A DNA stretch of 63,803 nucleotides, counting the filler, from Hyphochytrium catenoides (taxonomy: Eukaryota; Protista; Hyphochytriomycota), in NCBI GenBank assembly GCA_900088475.1. It is 5 parts of 5 records of this genome, joined end to end, with 100 filler letters (N's around TTAATTAATTAA, not from the genome) between each part and the next. Parts side by side here need not be neighbours in the genome. Positions count along the whole stretch, not along the records: positions 24,747 to 52,844 come from FLMG01003011.1; 4 more parts are not named here. One strand, written 5' to 3'. The number at the start of each line of letters is the position of its first letter. Within the stretch, counting starts at the first letter, position 1. Made by a program: the position numbers and the translations under genes. The notes under the pieces are model-generated. The model saw nothing but the letters and a program-made list of their open reading frames with translations. It made no database searches and was not told the DNA's origin. Below are positions 24,647 to 37,374 of the stretch, one piece after another.

Positions 24647-24746
24647 NNNNNNNNNNNNNNNNNNNNNNNNNNNNNNNNNNNNNNNNNNNNTTAATTAATT
24701 AANNNNNNNNNNNNNNNNNNNNNNNNNNNNNNNNNNNNNNNNNNNN
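24647..24746. other. Artificial contig spacer N44-TTAATTAATTAA-N44 (also 52845-52944, 57036-57135, 62281-62380)
   Basis: The identical 100-bp cassette occurs four times. The 12-mer has stops in all six frames. DRG1, EHD1, the CRE element and UEV are cut at these points. Confidence 0.97.
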
Positions 24747-25260
24747 GAGAGAGAGAGAGAGAGAGAGAGAGCATGGAATGAAAAGGAGATAAAGAGCGGT
24801 CACCGGAAAGAGTTGAGAAGAGGAGCTGACGAGATGACAAGAAGATTGGCGCGCCGCACTATTGATGAAGACATACATTGTGATAACCTGGAAACAAAAA
24901 GAGAAGAGAAGAGAGAGAGAGAGGAGAACAGCGAGATCGAGAGAAGAAGAAGAGAGAGAAAAGCGAACAAAGAGAGAGATAGAGACTGGCCGTCAATCTT
25001 TGAATCTTCGATCTCCAACTAGAGAGAGAGAGAGGGGAAATAGAGGCAGTAAAAAGTTGCTCTTCCTTCTTGTCGTTGTAGAGACTTCTCCCCCGAATAA
25101 CAACGACGAAGCGCCGTGAGAAGAGAGGAGCGAGGGAGATAGATGGAAAAAGACAGTGAAGGATGATGATGTCAGCTGTGGAGGAGAGACGAGCCCACGA
25201 ACTAGTAGGACAGCCGCCGGATACACGGAAACTGACAGAACAGGGTGATAAGTAGAAGAC

Positions 25261-25293
<33 letters not shown>

Positions 25294-25644
25294 TCTGCAA
25301 GCAGGAGGAGGACGGAAAGCAGGAAACTGATCACTCGTTGCGCAGCTCAATCAGGAAGAGAGCACGGAGACGCGATGCATGAAGAGAAGAGTATAAGCAT
25401 AACACCCAGATCATCATCAGAGTCGAAAGAGTCCAAAGACAGCGGTGAGCGGGACAAAGTGAGAGAGAAGAGACACTGCTGAAGAAGGCTCTGCAAGGAA
25501 GGTGAAGAGACAGTGGACAGGAAGGACTGGGATTGCGACTGATGAGACTCGAATATAAAGAAGAAGATGATGATGTCCCAGAACAAGAGCAGGACTGAGA
25601 AAACTGACACTATATATACAAGGAAACATCCAGGACAGGGGAGA

Positions 25645-25675
<31 letters not shown>

Positions 25676-26812
25676 CAAAGAGAGAGAGAGAGAGATTAAA
25701 TAATACGAGATTGAAGAAGAGAGAGAAAAAAAGAGGAAGAAGAAGGGATGGGGCTCAGGCACCTGTGAAGAGAAGAAAGACACCAGACGAAGAAGAAGCA
25801 TAACTAGTCTGAGAAAACTGGCCAGGAGAGACCGGAAGAGGAATGATGAAGACTAAAGACCAGAGGTAGATCAGAGAATAATATATTATATTGAGCAAGG
25901 TTAGCAGAGCCCCAGCAGCCAAGACCTCATTCTATCAAGAAGTCCTAGCGTTCTTCCTTCTTCTCCAGCAGCTTGATGGCAGCCCGTCGAGCACTTCGCG
26001 CTAAGAAGCTAGTGCATAGCAAGTAAAAGGCAGCACCTCAACACAACGAAGCGCTGTCTCGTCCTGCTAGGACTGAGGTTTCGTCCCTATCCGCTTACTC
26101 CTCCTGCCTCGGCCATACTTACTTCTTCCTCCGCCATAGAACTAGAAGAATAGTGGCAATGCATGGAGCCGGAGAGCATCATTCGTCTCCTTTGTGCCAC
26201 TGTGTACTACGTCGGGAAGGCAGGGAAGGAAGAGGAGGAAGGAATGAACATCACGTCAGGCTCGTTGGATATCAGCCCCATTGACTACGGCTAGAAGGAG
26301 AGGCGGCAAACGCCTATACGGATATCACTGCTCAGAGACGGCGTCCTTCCTCTGATCAGACCAACGCAGTCAGCGTCCAGGTCCACCATCCTACTGCTGC
26401 AACGAGAGATGATTTCTCCTGCCTGCCTAGCAGTCTAGTGCTCATCTAAGAAGTTGTCAGTCTTCGCGCGAAGGATAAGACGACAGCCTCGTTCTCTGGT
26501 GACTTCCTACTGGCAGTTCGCTCACCTTTTGTTCTACAAAGAGATAGTAGGGAACGTGTGGGCAGAGCCAGCCTTCCTCGACAGTCATTAGACATCGTCC
26601 ATAGCACTCGTCCTCCGGCCTCAAATCAGTTGGTGGTATGCTTGGTGGTCAGGGAGCAAAGAACGAGCTGTTATGGCTTTATTAGAGGTCGTGCTTCTTA
26701 TTCATTATCATCAGGACAGGTGAAGACCTCCCTCGCTGGCTGAGTTACGCAGGAGGGAGGATGCCTTCGCTGTCTCTAGCTATGGGCCACGCTAAGGGTT
26801 TATATATTGCAG

Positions 26813-27210
26813 GTCAGAGAAGCTGAAGAATTGACGGAGAAGGTGGCTAGGACTCATTCATCGGTGAGGCAGGAGGACGATGAGGTGCGTCGTCAAGTCA
26901 TGTTATTCCTCGTATGGTGTCTGACCGTCGAACTTCTTGTATGGACGCGTCAGACCAAGAAGCCTGCACTATCACGTAGGGCTTTATAGGAAGCCTGCTC
27001 ATTGACACGAGATCCATGGACAAGTTTCCTAATTATCCCAGTACGACGCCCATGGATCTCGTCTCAATGAGCGCCAGGCGCATGAGAGGATGGCAAATCA
27101 GCTACTGACTGAAAATGGGAAGCAAGGATTCGTACGATTCACTGAAGCCGAGATCGAGTCTTGCTTCTCCGCCGAGACTGGTCGGAGGAAGACGAAGCGT
27201 ACTGCTGCGG
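26813..27210 (+). CDS. Possible exons of an unidentified spliced gene
   Basis: AG/GT-bounded open segments VREAEELTEKVARTHSSVRQEDDE and YDAHGSRLNERQAHERMANQLL...RRKTKRTAA. No recognisable domain; full structure not resolved. Confidence 0.25.
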
Positions 27211-29116
27211 TAGAAAGGGAAGGTCAGAACGACCAAACAAAAAACTTACCAGAGGGGCGCGACGTTCGGTGAAAGTTACCCCGGCCGAGGTGGAACGCAG
27301 TCTGACATAAATGACCCCAAAGGAGCTCAATAGCGGCAAATTGTGATGGAAAACCATGGAAAACCATAGTGTACGGAGACCACCTTTGTGCAGAGACTGC
27401 CCACTTCCATTGAAGGGCCACAAGCGCGGGTGTAGGCCGGCATAACATAAGACTTGCCTGCTTGTGAATCCTTCTAAGTCAGCTCCTTTCAAACTAGAAA
27501 TGGTGATCAACAAGAGCGAAGTGCTTCATGCTCTCTCTCAAGTGCTATGAATCTTCACGTAGCCTGCCTCTCACATCGTGGCCCTTACTATTAAACCTCT
27601 CAAATGCCGACACTACTTCCAAAGAATCAGTCGACATCTGCCATCGCGCGCCGCTACACATCAAGGGCTGCACATTCAAGAGCAGTTGACAGTTGGTGGC
27701 CACGCAGTGCAGGTACACTTGAAAAAGAGTGCCATCCTGCTCCTCTTTCTCTCGAAAGCCCAAACACACCTAAGAACTACACTTGTACGTCCCTCTCTGA
27801 CTGGTCTAGCACTCATCTAAGGTTTCCAACGATCCTGAAGAGGCAGTCTGGCGCCAAGAAAGCCAATGACAGATGCCCAAAAGCTCTTCTGCAGAGCTGC
27901 AGATTGTGGCGATAAAGAGCTTGGCAGCCGCAGAAAAAGCGGCCAAAAGAGAGTTTCAACATGATCTTTTCCAAAGGACTATATCTTTCATGGCTAATAA
28001 AACTGAAATCTATTTTTTAAGCAAGCCTATCAGTGTTACGATCCGGAAAGATTTGAAAAGGCTTGAATTAAATGTAGTTTTCAGCCAAGTTCGAGCTATT
28101 TGCCAATAAGTAATTTTATCCCATTTCTACCACTCAAGTACCCAAGTTAGGCAGCATTATTGCGTTATATAAATGTTTGTTACAAACCTCCTTCTCCTAT
28201 TATTGTAATGTATTTGCGAGGCGCAAAAGTTCAACATTCTTATTCGTTATATAACATCCAAAAGATACATTTCTACCCATGCAAACACTCTTTTCATTCA
28301 ACGCACGCTGGCCCTCCAGAGTATTTTCGAGCAATATCTACCAATTTAGAACCTTTCATAACACAAATTACAAAGTGGTAGCCCACAAGCAACCCCCCGC
28401 AAATCGGGTGTTTACTTTATCTAACAAAGTAGGATGTGGTAATAAGTCCTGGTAATTACCGCTCAAGTTTAAAGATTTGGTTGAGTTGCAGTCACGATGG
28501 CGACGCGACAGGCGCGGCTGTGCCTTGAACTTTAGGCGGCAGAGCAAGCTCCTTGAAGCTTCCCTGCCTTCTTCTTCTACGTTCTGCACCTTCTTCTTCT
28601 GCAACCTGCCTTCACCGCATCGGATGACGTCCTTGATAGATAAGAGAGAGTGTTCTACTACGATGTTGAGACCATGTGTTTGAGACGTGAGGAGGAAGGG
28701 AGAAGAGAGAGAGAGAGAGAGAAACAGAGAGAGAGAGAGAGAGAAACAGAGAGAGAGAAAGAGAGAGAGAGAGCGGGGAAAGAGAGAGAGAGAGAAAGAG
28801 CGAGAGAGAGAAAAAGAGCGAGAGAGAGAGAGAGAACGTCAAGCCCGTTCACGGCGAGTGTGTACGTAAAGAGTGATCAAGACGGTTCATAAGTTGTGAG
28901 GAAAGGAGGACAAAGATAGAGACGGAGACATCAGGAAGAGGGACATACATTAGTTGTCGCTGGCTTCTTCTCTAGCGGATTAGTGGTGTTATGTGTTATC
29001 TGCGTAGCTGCGCTTTCGCGTGTGCAATGAAAGCTTCGTCAGGCTTCCCACCACTCTGCATCATCCGTCGTTCGTCGTAGCGCTCACGAGGAAGAAGCCG
29101 AGGTTAGGTCGTAAGC

Positions 29117-30610
29117 ATGGCGCAGCTGTTGATGATGGCAGCATCCTGGAGGGGTCCAGAAGTAGGCACTGACTGGATCAATGGCTTTGGGCTAAAGTCA
29201 GCTCCTGCTAGGATAGACACTGACAGGAGGTCACCACAAGATAACTCCAGCCTCGAGCTGGCAGCTGGCCCAGCTCCTTCAGAAGAGGCATTGCCGACAG
29301 GTAGAGTCGCCGAGCAGACACCCTCAGCAGCAAAACCGGCAGATGATACGGCCGAGGACGGTGACGATCATGCCGAGGACAGTGACTATGATGCCGCGGC
29401 ACAGGGGGACGTTACAAGGGGCTCCGAAGTCTTTGACCGCCCTCCAGCTTCGACAGGACAGCAGGCAGAGCTCAAGAGGAAGCTCTCAGTGCTGCAAGGA
29501 GGAAACCTGAGCCTTATTAGCTGGAACTCCAGAACCTGCCGCGTGATCGCCGTTATACGACCCACAGCCCTGACTTACACAGCTACCAGGGACAGCTACA
29601 TTTCCCTTATCGTGCAGGACAGCAGTACAGGGCGACTCTGGAGGATAAAAAGGACCTTCGAGGAGATGTACCTCTTCAGAGAGAAGCTACTCGACTACTT
29701 CAAGCGCAAGTGCCGTCATCGCTGCCATGGAGTATGCAGCTATATGACGACAACTAACCTCGTCTTCCCTTCACGCTTCCTAAGCAGCTCACCCCTCGCC
29801 TGGAATCATAGCAGAACGCAAAGTATCTGGACCTTTTGGGACCATCTCGGGCGGATAACCAACTCCTATGACTTTTCTTGCTGTCCTACCGGCTATAGAG
29901 GAGGCCTCTTGCGGGTGAACGACTTCCTCTGCTCAGGCACGCGAGTGCTGGACCCAGACGCGATGGGGAAAGAGGGAGATTTGGACTCCGTGCTAGTTTC
30001 AGACCCGGTTATTCGGCCAATCAGGATTGGCTTGAATGCGATTCTTCTACTGAACCGGCTACGTACCTCCATTGGCCATAGTAAGATACGGGATATCAAG
30101 CCAGGGCCGACGGGCTGCAGTGTCTGTGAGAATGTTCCCATTCAAGCCGATTGCGCGATCTGGGGCAAGATGATGGCTCTACCCTGCAAGCACACGATGC
30201 ACCAGATATGCCTTATCCATCATATCAACGAGAGGTCAGGCGTTCCGGCCTGTCCCATCTGCTCCCAGCCCATCACAGTCTCTGTTTTAGCTAGAATACC
30301 AGCCTTCGACCCTCGAACAACAGCGCCTACTCAGCCTTCGGACAGCGGGGTCAGAAGAGAAAGGAGGGATCGAGACTGCTCATTGGACAGTTTGACCGAG
30401 GCAGCTGTAGACGAGGAGCTTGAGGAGAAAGTGGAAGAGGAGGAGCTTGATTCAAGGCTAACGCTGGACGACCTCGCCGCCCTTGAGCGAATCTACACAG
30501 AGGTAGACAGTGAAGACCTTTGGAGGCTTCGCGATGGAAGAGGAAGGGAAGAGCGCTCTAGGTACATGTCTACGGAAGTAGCAGGAGATGAGAGGCTGAC
30601 AGACCTTTGA
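29117..30610 (+). CDS. PX-like domain + C-terminal RING-H2 E3 ubiquitin ligase, intronless
   Basis: 497-aa ORF. YISLIVQD...LWRIKRTFEEMYLFREKL...VFPSR is a PX-like pattern. CSVC...LPCKHTMHQICL...CPIC is a C3H2C3 RING. Confidence 0.8.
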   Translation: MAQLLMMAASWRGPEVGTDWINGFGLKSAPARIDTDRRSPQDNSSLELAAGPAPSEEALPTGRVAEQTPSAAKPADDTAEDGDDHAEDSDYDAAAQGDVTRGSEVFDRPPASTGQQAELKRKLSVLQGGNLSLISWNSRTCRVIAVIRPTALTYTATRDSYISLIVQDSSTGRLWRIKRTFEEMYLFREKLLDYFKRKCRHRCHGVCSYMTTTNLVFPSRFLSSSPLAWNHSRTQSIWTFWDHLGRITNSYDFSCCPTGYRGGLLRVNDFLCSGTRVLDPDAMGKEGDLDSVLVSDPVIRPIRIGLNAILLLNRLRTSIGHSKIRDIKPGPTGCSVCENVPIQADCAIWGKMMALPCKHTMHQICLIHHINERSGVPACPICSQPITVSVLARIPAFDPRTTAPTQPSDSGVRRERRDRDCSLDSLTEAAVDEELEEKVEEEELDSRLTLDDLAALERIYTEVDSEDLWRLRDGRGREERSRYMSTEVAGDERLTDL

Positions 30611-32221
30611 AAGAGATTGACAAAGAGCAACAAGAGAGACTAGAGCTTCGTACTCTACAAGGTTGAGAAGAAAAGAGTAGGAGGGCACTCGTTATGAGGT
30701 TTTTGCTTCTTTCTTCTCGTCGTCTCTGCCCCTCTCGTAGCCTAGCGTATATACATAGAGAGGTGTAACATAAAAGTGTAACTAGTCAAGCTTAGATCTG
30801 CTTGGATTACTCTGTTTATCTCGCGATTCTCATGCCCTTTCATTCCTACAGTTCTCGACCTTTAGAGGCAGACTTGATCCTCTCCATACAACGGGCAATC
30901 AATCCTCTTGTTGCAGATGTTGGCGCCTTACTTACCCAGGGCATCCTGCTAACTCTTGTTCTCCCATCATCGTCTCTGCTAGATCTTTACGTCTCTCCAC
31001 TCGACAAAGGCTCTCTCATAGAGCAAGAAAAGAAGAGAGGAGGCACAAAACTCTAATATGGTCGACTGCCATACATTTATTGCCAGAGCAGAGCTCTGTT
31101 ATTAGATAGAGATTCGGACCATGCTTTATGGAGACTTCTTTGGTGTAGTCGTAGTACAATGTCGTTTGTTCAAGCTGTAGAGGATCGTACAAACAGTGCT
31201 TTGGGCCATTTGATTACTGATAAATAGTTATCAGGATGTGAGGGCCGCTTCTGATTGTTTTGCCAGCTGTTCCTTGCTGAGAAAAGTCAGTGTGACACTT
31301 GCCTTGCTGTCTCTCTCTCTCTCTCTGTATCTCTCTCTCTCTTTCTCTCTTGGTATCTCTCTCTCTCTACCTCTCACACACTGTCTGCTTCTCTCTTTCT
31401 CTCTCTCTCCTCACCCCGCCCTCTCTCTCTCTCTCTCTACCTCTCTCTCACTGTCTGTCTGTCTCTCTCCTTCTCTCTCTCTCTCTTCCTATCTCTCTTT
31501 CTCTCTCTCTTTCCCTCTTCTTTCCTCTTTCGTCCTCCTTTTGTCTCTTTCGCTTCTCTTCCTCCCTCGTTTCTTATCTTCTATCTGTCCCCAGGTCACG
31601 AGGAACAGATGTGACCCCTCCCGCAAGGGCCGCTGTCGAACAGCGTCTGTCCCACTTCGCCCACCCCGCGCTATCTCTCCCTCTCTGCTCTCTCTCTCTC
31701 TCTCTGCTCTCTCTCTNNNNNNNNNNNNNNNNNNNNNNNNNNNNNNNNNNNNNNNNNNNTCTCTCTTCTCTCTCTCTCTCTTTCTCTCTCTCTCTCGATC
31801 AGAACTGATCTTCTAACCTCTCTTCCTGTGCTCTTCCATTGCCAATCTTCAATCTCCTTCAGCAGACTTATTCCTCTCTTTCTCTCTTCACCCCGTTGCG
31901 CCTCCCAAGAGAGATTCTCCGGACATAAACTTCGTCTGCAAATCATTATAAGAGAGAAGTGTCTGTTCATTGTGGAAAAGGAAAAGAGAGAAAGAGCGAG
32001 AGAGAGAGAGCTTGGCTTTGATCTTGCCTCCTGCGGGTTACGCAGCTACTCCTACGACGTGAAGAGACAGGGACCGCCCACTCTGAAGCGTGAGGAGTGG
32101 AAAAGAAGCGAGAAGAAGGCGGAAGAAAGAGAGAAAGGAAGAGAGAAATAGGAAGAGAAAAAAAGGAAAGACAGAAGGAGTCAGCAGAAGTTAACAGTCG
32201 CAGCAGCCTGGCTCGAGCATT

Positions 32222-33526
32222 ATGATGGCTGAGGCTGTGGAGAAGAAAGAGACAGTCCCCGCGGCGGAGAGCGCGGACCAGCAGCAGCAGTTGGAAGAAG
32301 AGGAAGACGCTTTCTCTTCAGCTGACCTGACAGCCTCGTCCTCCTCCTCTCTGGCGCTCAGCGGACTGACGGAGAGATCTGTCAACCAACAGCTGAAGGG
32401 TAAGGGCATCTCTTTGAGTCCTTGAGGTCTCTTCTCCTTTGACTTTCTCTCTCTCTCTTTCTTCTCTCTTTCTCCTGCTGTCTCTCCCTCTCTTGCCGTC
32501 TCTCTCGATCTCTCTTATGTCTGTTCGACGTGGTTGCCTGGCCTAGAAATCTCTTATGTTTCGTTGCTTCTCTCCCTGCTGTCCTTTCCTTTCTCGTCCG
32601 CATCATAAGGCCCACCTTTCTGTTTACAATGAGAGTCTCTCTCTCTCTCCACTCTCTGTCTCTCTCTCTCTTTCTCTCCTTTCCCTTTCTTTCTTTCTTT
32701 CTTTCTATCTTCCTGTCGCCATGGGCTTGCTTCGCGTATATATTCTCTGTCTTCTTTGGCTTCCTTCTCTCACCTGCACTGCCCTGTAGGCTACCTACTG
32801 AAGAAGACAAAGCACGGGAAGTGGCAAAAGCGATGGTTTGAGACAAACGGTTGCTTCCTCACGTATTATAAGGTAACCTCGCTCCTACTCTCCTTCTCTC
32901 GTCTCTCCCGTCTCTCTCTCTCTCTCTCCCTCTCTCTCTCCCTCCTCTCTCTTGTTGTCTGGCGCTGTCCATCAGCCTAGGCTTCTCGTCCCCTTTAGTC
33001 GCTGGGAAGTAACCTATGAGCGTGCATATCCCTTTCGTTCTACCTCGATCCATCCGTCTCTCTCTCTCTCTCTCTCTTTTCTCTCTCTCTTAGTTCCTCT
33101 TCTCTCCCTTGCTCCGTCTCTCCGACTAACTGGCTTCCTCTTCCCTCTCGCACGATTAATTCCTCCCTGTCGTTCGCGTCTCCTGAATAATCAAGAAACA
33201 AGGGCAGAAGCTTCTGGCGGCACTGAACCTCCCGCAGGTGGGAGAGATAACCCTTCTTCCCGAGGACACGGAAGGTACGAGGCCAAGGGCCAGAGAGAAA
33301 GAAGATGAGATGGCTACCTCCACGTTGGCTCTCAAAGGATTTGCGCGGCACGAGGCAAGAGAGAGAGAGAGAAAAAGAAAAGAGATGAAAGACCGTTAGA
33401 CCTTGTGACATAGAGAAGAAGGTGAAGAGGGAGAGTTCACGGCCGTCGAAGAGCAAGCCCTTGAGGCGGAGTTAGGTCCCGGGGAGGGAGGGAAGAATCT
33501 ATCCTAGCGTAGATCTCACCCTCCTC

Positions 33527-33580
<54 letters not shown>

Positions 33581-34457
33581 ATTCTCTCTCTCGCGCGCGT
33601 TTCAATATCTCTCTCAGATGGTCCTGGTCTTTTCACTATTGAGTTAAATGAGCGCGTGTACACCATTAAGGCGAAGGACCAGGAGGAGGCGGACATTTGG
33701 GTCAAGGTTAGGAGAGATTGCCTACTTTCTTCCGTCTCTCTCCTTCACGCTTATCCCTCTTTACGGCTAAGGATTCTCTCTTTTGTTCTGGATCTCTCTC
33801 TCCTTATCTTCTAGCATTTCTTCCTCCTTTGCCTTCCTAATATTCACGTGTAAGCTTTCACTGTCTGTCGTCTAATGCTTTCTTCCTCTCTTTCTCCTTG
33901 GCACTCTCTCTCATTCTCTCTCTCCCTTTTCTCTCTCTGTCTCATTTTCTCACTCCGCTCACACTCTCTCCCTGTAATGTGTGCCCATCCTCTTCTAAAT
34001 TTTATCTATCGTTCCTCTCTCTTGTTTCGAACTTTATGATCCTCATTCTCTTCTGCACCCGCGCCTTCAGGGTCTCAAGTGGCGACAGAGCGGAGGTGGA
34101 GCAGACGAAATCAGACCTACAGGTAGAGCGCGAGAGAGCAGACGACAAGCACTTAATGAGAGAAAGAGAGAGACAGATGATGGCGACTGATGGGCAAACA
34201 AGAGAGAAAGATGAAGGAGGCATATGCGCGAAAGGCGTAGGAGAGAGAGAGAGAGAGAGAGGGAGAAGCGATCGTTACCCTGACTCTACCATTTCTCTCC
34301 TCTCGTTGTTTGCAGGATCGACAGCAGTAGCAGAGACTTCGATAGCAAAGGAGGAAGATAAGGCCATAGAGCAGCAGGAAGAAGATAAGCAATGGGCGGT
34401 CAGTGCTCCAGTCTCATGCTCTACTGCTTATCCCACAGCTAATCTGAATTGACTCTC

Positions 34458-34492
<35 letters not shown>

Positions 34493-34648
34493 TTTCTTTC
34501 TCTGTTTTCTTCTCTCTCCTTGTCTGTCTCTCCCTCCTATCCGCATATCTTCCTTTCCTTGCTCTCACTTCCACTGGTGGTTCCAAAGGACGAAGAGAAG
34601 GCCCCAAAGAGTTTGATCCCGTGTCTACCCTGTTGCACTATGCAGTGA
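32222..34648 (+). CDS. Pleckstrin-homology (PH) domain protein with C-terminal CaaX, 7 exons
   Basis: Spliced LKG|YLLKKTKHGKWQKRWFETNGCFLTYYK|KQGQKLLAALNLPQVGEI...|GPGLFTIELNERVYTIKAKDQEEADIWVK|GLK is a classic PH domain. Last exon ends LIPCLPCCTMQ* (TGA 34646-34648). Confidence 0.88.
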
Positions 34649-35278
34649 ACTGTTATATAATTGAGCCACTCGTAGGACTCTCTCCCTCTCTCTCCCTGGC
34701 TTCTCTCTCTCTCTCTCTTTTTCTCTCTCTCCCCCACCATCTCCATGCTTCGAATCAGCGCGGGAACTTGAGACCTTTATTAATAAATTAATAGCGCCTT
34801 GTACGAGCTAGCAGTGCGGTAGATTGTGAGAGAAGGAGAAAGAAGGAGGAGAGTACCCCGGTGACGGGTGGGGCAAGAGAGGCTGGAGAGAGAAAGAGAC
34901 ACAATATAGCCGCTGAAGGATATGCCCTTCTCTTTCTAATTGCTGCTTATATGTCAGCGCTAGTTCGGCCAGTCACCGCTGCCACCCCTGTCTCTCCTCG
35001 GCGTCGAAAGTACTGCCACAGTTGACCTGTTCGCTCACTTTCGCCGGCGAGAGAGAGAAGAGGACAGAAAGACTGCGCGCAGTCAGAATGGAACAGACAT
35101 CTTACGAAGAGACAGATAAGCTGTCTCGGCCTTGACTCTGGCGTTGGGATGTAAACGCCAGACAGTGAAACTGAATGTTTGTTCAGGGGCTGATGGAGAG
35201 AGGAAAGAGAGAGAGAGAGAGAGAGCGCTATCTTTGAGAGAAGCCTTGTACAGGATATTGCCACTCTGTTTGACGGCA

Positions 35279-35790
35279 TTATGGCTGCGATTGCTTGGCT
35301 GGCAGCTTAGGAAGCTGCTCTGGCGGCGTTGGCGTTGGCTCCTTAGCAAAGTAAGGGTGCTTCAGGGCCTCACCTGCAGTGATCCTGGCTCCAGGATTGT
35401 AGACAAGCATCTTCCCTAACAAGTCTATGGCCTCCTCCGACGCGGCTGTGAAGATCTGCTTGAGCGGTGTGCCGGGACAAGGAGAGAACTCGACAAAGTT
35501 AGGGAGAGAGCTCATTCCTGGCCACTGCTCCTCGGTTGGAGTTCCGAGAGCGTGGAAAATCTTGCCCAGCTGGTCCAGCTCATTGTTCCCTAAGGTGAAA
35601 GGAGGACGAAGAGGAGAGGAGAGAGAGAGAGACACACACTGAGGGATCTCAAGTACATGTCTCCTCTTCATTTTGGTCACAGCCACTATCTTCGTCTCCA
35701 ATCGGCGCTGGGCAGCCTCTCTTCAAACAGTAAACTTACACCTTGACTCTGTGTACCTCACTCCGAACCAACTTGACACTGCCTCTTTCC

Positions 35791-35821
<31 letters not shown>

Positions 35822-36683
35822 CCTGCGTTTACCTGCTAGGAAAGGCCCTCTGAGCATCAGCTCGGCGAAGATACAGCCTGCAGACCAAACATCAACTGCA
35901 GCGCCGTACTCTCTCGCGCCGTACAGCAGCTCAGGAGCGCGGTACCAGAGAGTCACGACGTTGCTCGTCATGTTTCTGTTGGGACTGCCAAACATCTTGG
36001 CCAAACCGAAATCCGCAATCTTGATCTTTCCATCTTTTGCAAGAAGAAGATTGCCTGAAAAAAAAAGAGAGAGGAGAGAGGAGAAAGAGGACACAGACAT
36101 AGAGAGAGACGCAGGGGCGGGGAGAGGGAGAGGGACAGAGAGGAAGGGACAGAGGGACACCCACAGAGATAAGAATGAGAAACAAAAGAAGTCAGACAGA
36201 GAGACCAAAGAGAGAGAGGAACAAACAGAGACAAAGGGAGGGAGAGACAGGGAGGGAGAGAGAGAAGGAGCGGAGGGCAAGAGAATGCAAAGAGTGAGAG
36301 AACGGATCAAGAAGAGGGATTACGACTTCAGGAGGAGAACCCAACAAGGAGCTTAAGCTTCATCTGCAAAGAGGCAGACACAGACGAAAGGGATGAGACA
36401 AAGACCAAATCAGTAGGATATGAGGATAGCCTGTGCGTATGAGTGCGAGAAGAGAGGGAACAGTGGATAAGTAACGAGAGAGAGACAGTGGGAAAGGGAG
36501 AGAAAGAGGGAGAGAGCAAGAGCGAGAGACGGAAGACAGACCAGGCTTGAGATCTCGATGGAGGATCCAGTTACTGTTCAAATGATGGAGGCCGTCTAAA
36601 AGCATCCTGGTCGTCGAGAGTATGAGCACAGAGGACAGAATTAGTTTTCGATTGCCACGAGATAAGATGAAAAAGCAGGAAAG

Positions 36684-36740
<57 letters not shown>

Positions 36741-37374
36741 AAGCAATTAAGAAAGGCCCGACGAAGCCGTGAAAGCAAATGGGCTGGCGTGAGAAGATAA
36801 GAGAGATAACTGGACACTTGCCCAAAAGCAATGAAAAGCAGAGAGGGAGGGACAGAAACAGACGAGAAACAGAGAGAAAGAGAGAGACAATAGAGAGTCA
36901 TGGGAGAGTCACCTCATATAACTCTTAATGTCAGCAGCGCTGAGGACAATCTCTCGCGCCTTGATAACCGCCTCTAGATCTCCCTCCAGATACTCAAAGA
37001 CGAGACATGCCTGAGAAGAAGCAGAGAGCAAGTCTTTAGGCACATTTCCATAACTCTCTCTGTCTGTCTTTTTCTCTCTCTCTTCTCTACGTCTCCTTTT
37101 TCCTCTTATGTTCTCGCCTCCTGCTTTCAAGAGATAATGCTCTCCTGACCTGGTCATTCCAGGAAAAAGCCTCAATAAGCTCAACGACGTGCGGGTGCTT
37201 GATCTCCATCTGGAGCTTCATCTCTCGCAATGCCGTGAACTCGACGCCGTCTTTGAACTTTCCCCTTTTGACTCTCTTGATCGCCACTCGACGCTGGGAC
37301 TTCTTATGGATCGCCTCAAAGACGACACCGAACGTACCCTCACCCAGCTGTTGCCTCATCTCATAGCGATGCAT
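35279..37374 (-). CDS. CDK7: Cyclin-dependent kinase 7 (CAK / TFIIH kinase), 5 exons
   Basis: [24 protein letters not shown] (CDK7-type FTALRE), HRDLKP|[64 protein letters not shown]. Confidence 0.94.

Noticed and set aside
24691-24702. TTAATTAATTAA repeated four times, as a possible biological motif (PacI site, piggyBac TTAA, CRISPR-like repeat)
   Set aside because: Always centred in exactly 44+44 Ns; it is an artificial six-frame-stop linker.
25890-26440. Possible small spliced gene on the minus strand
   Set aside because: Splice-like signals are present but I could not build a consistent frame or recognise a product.
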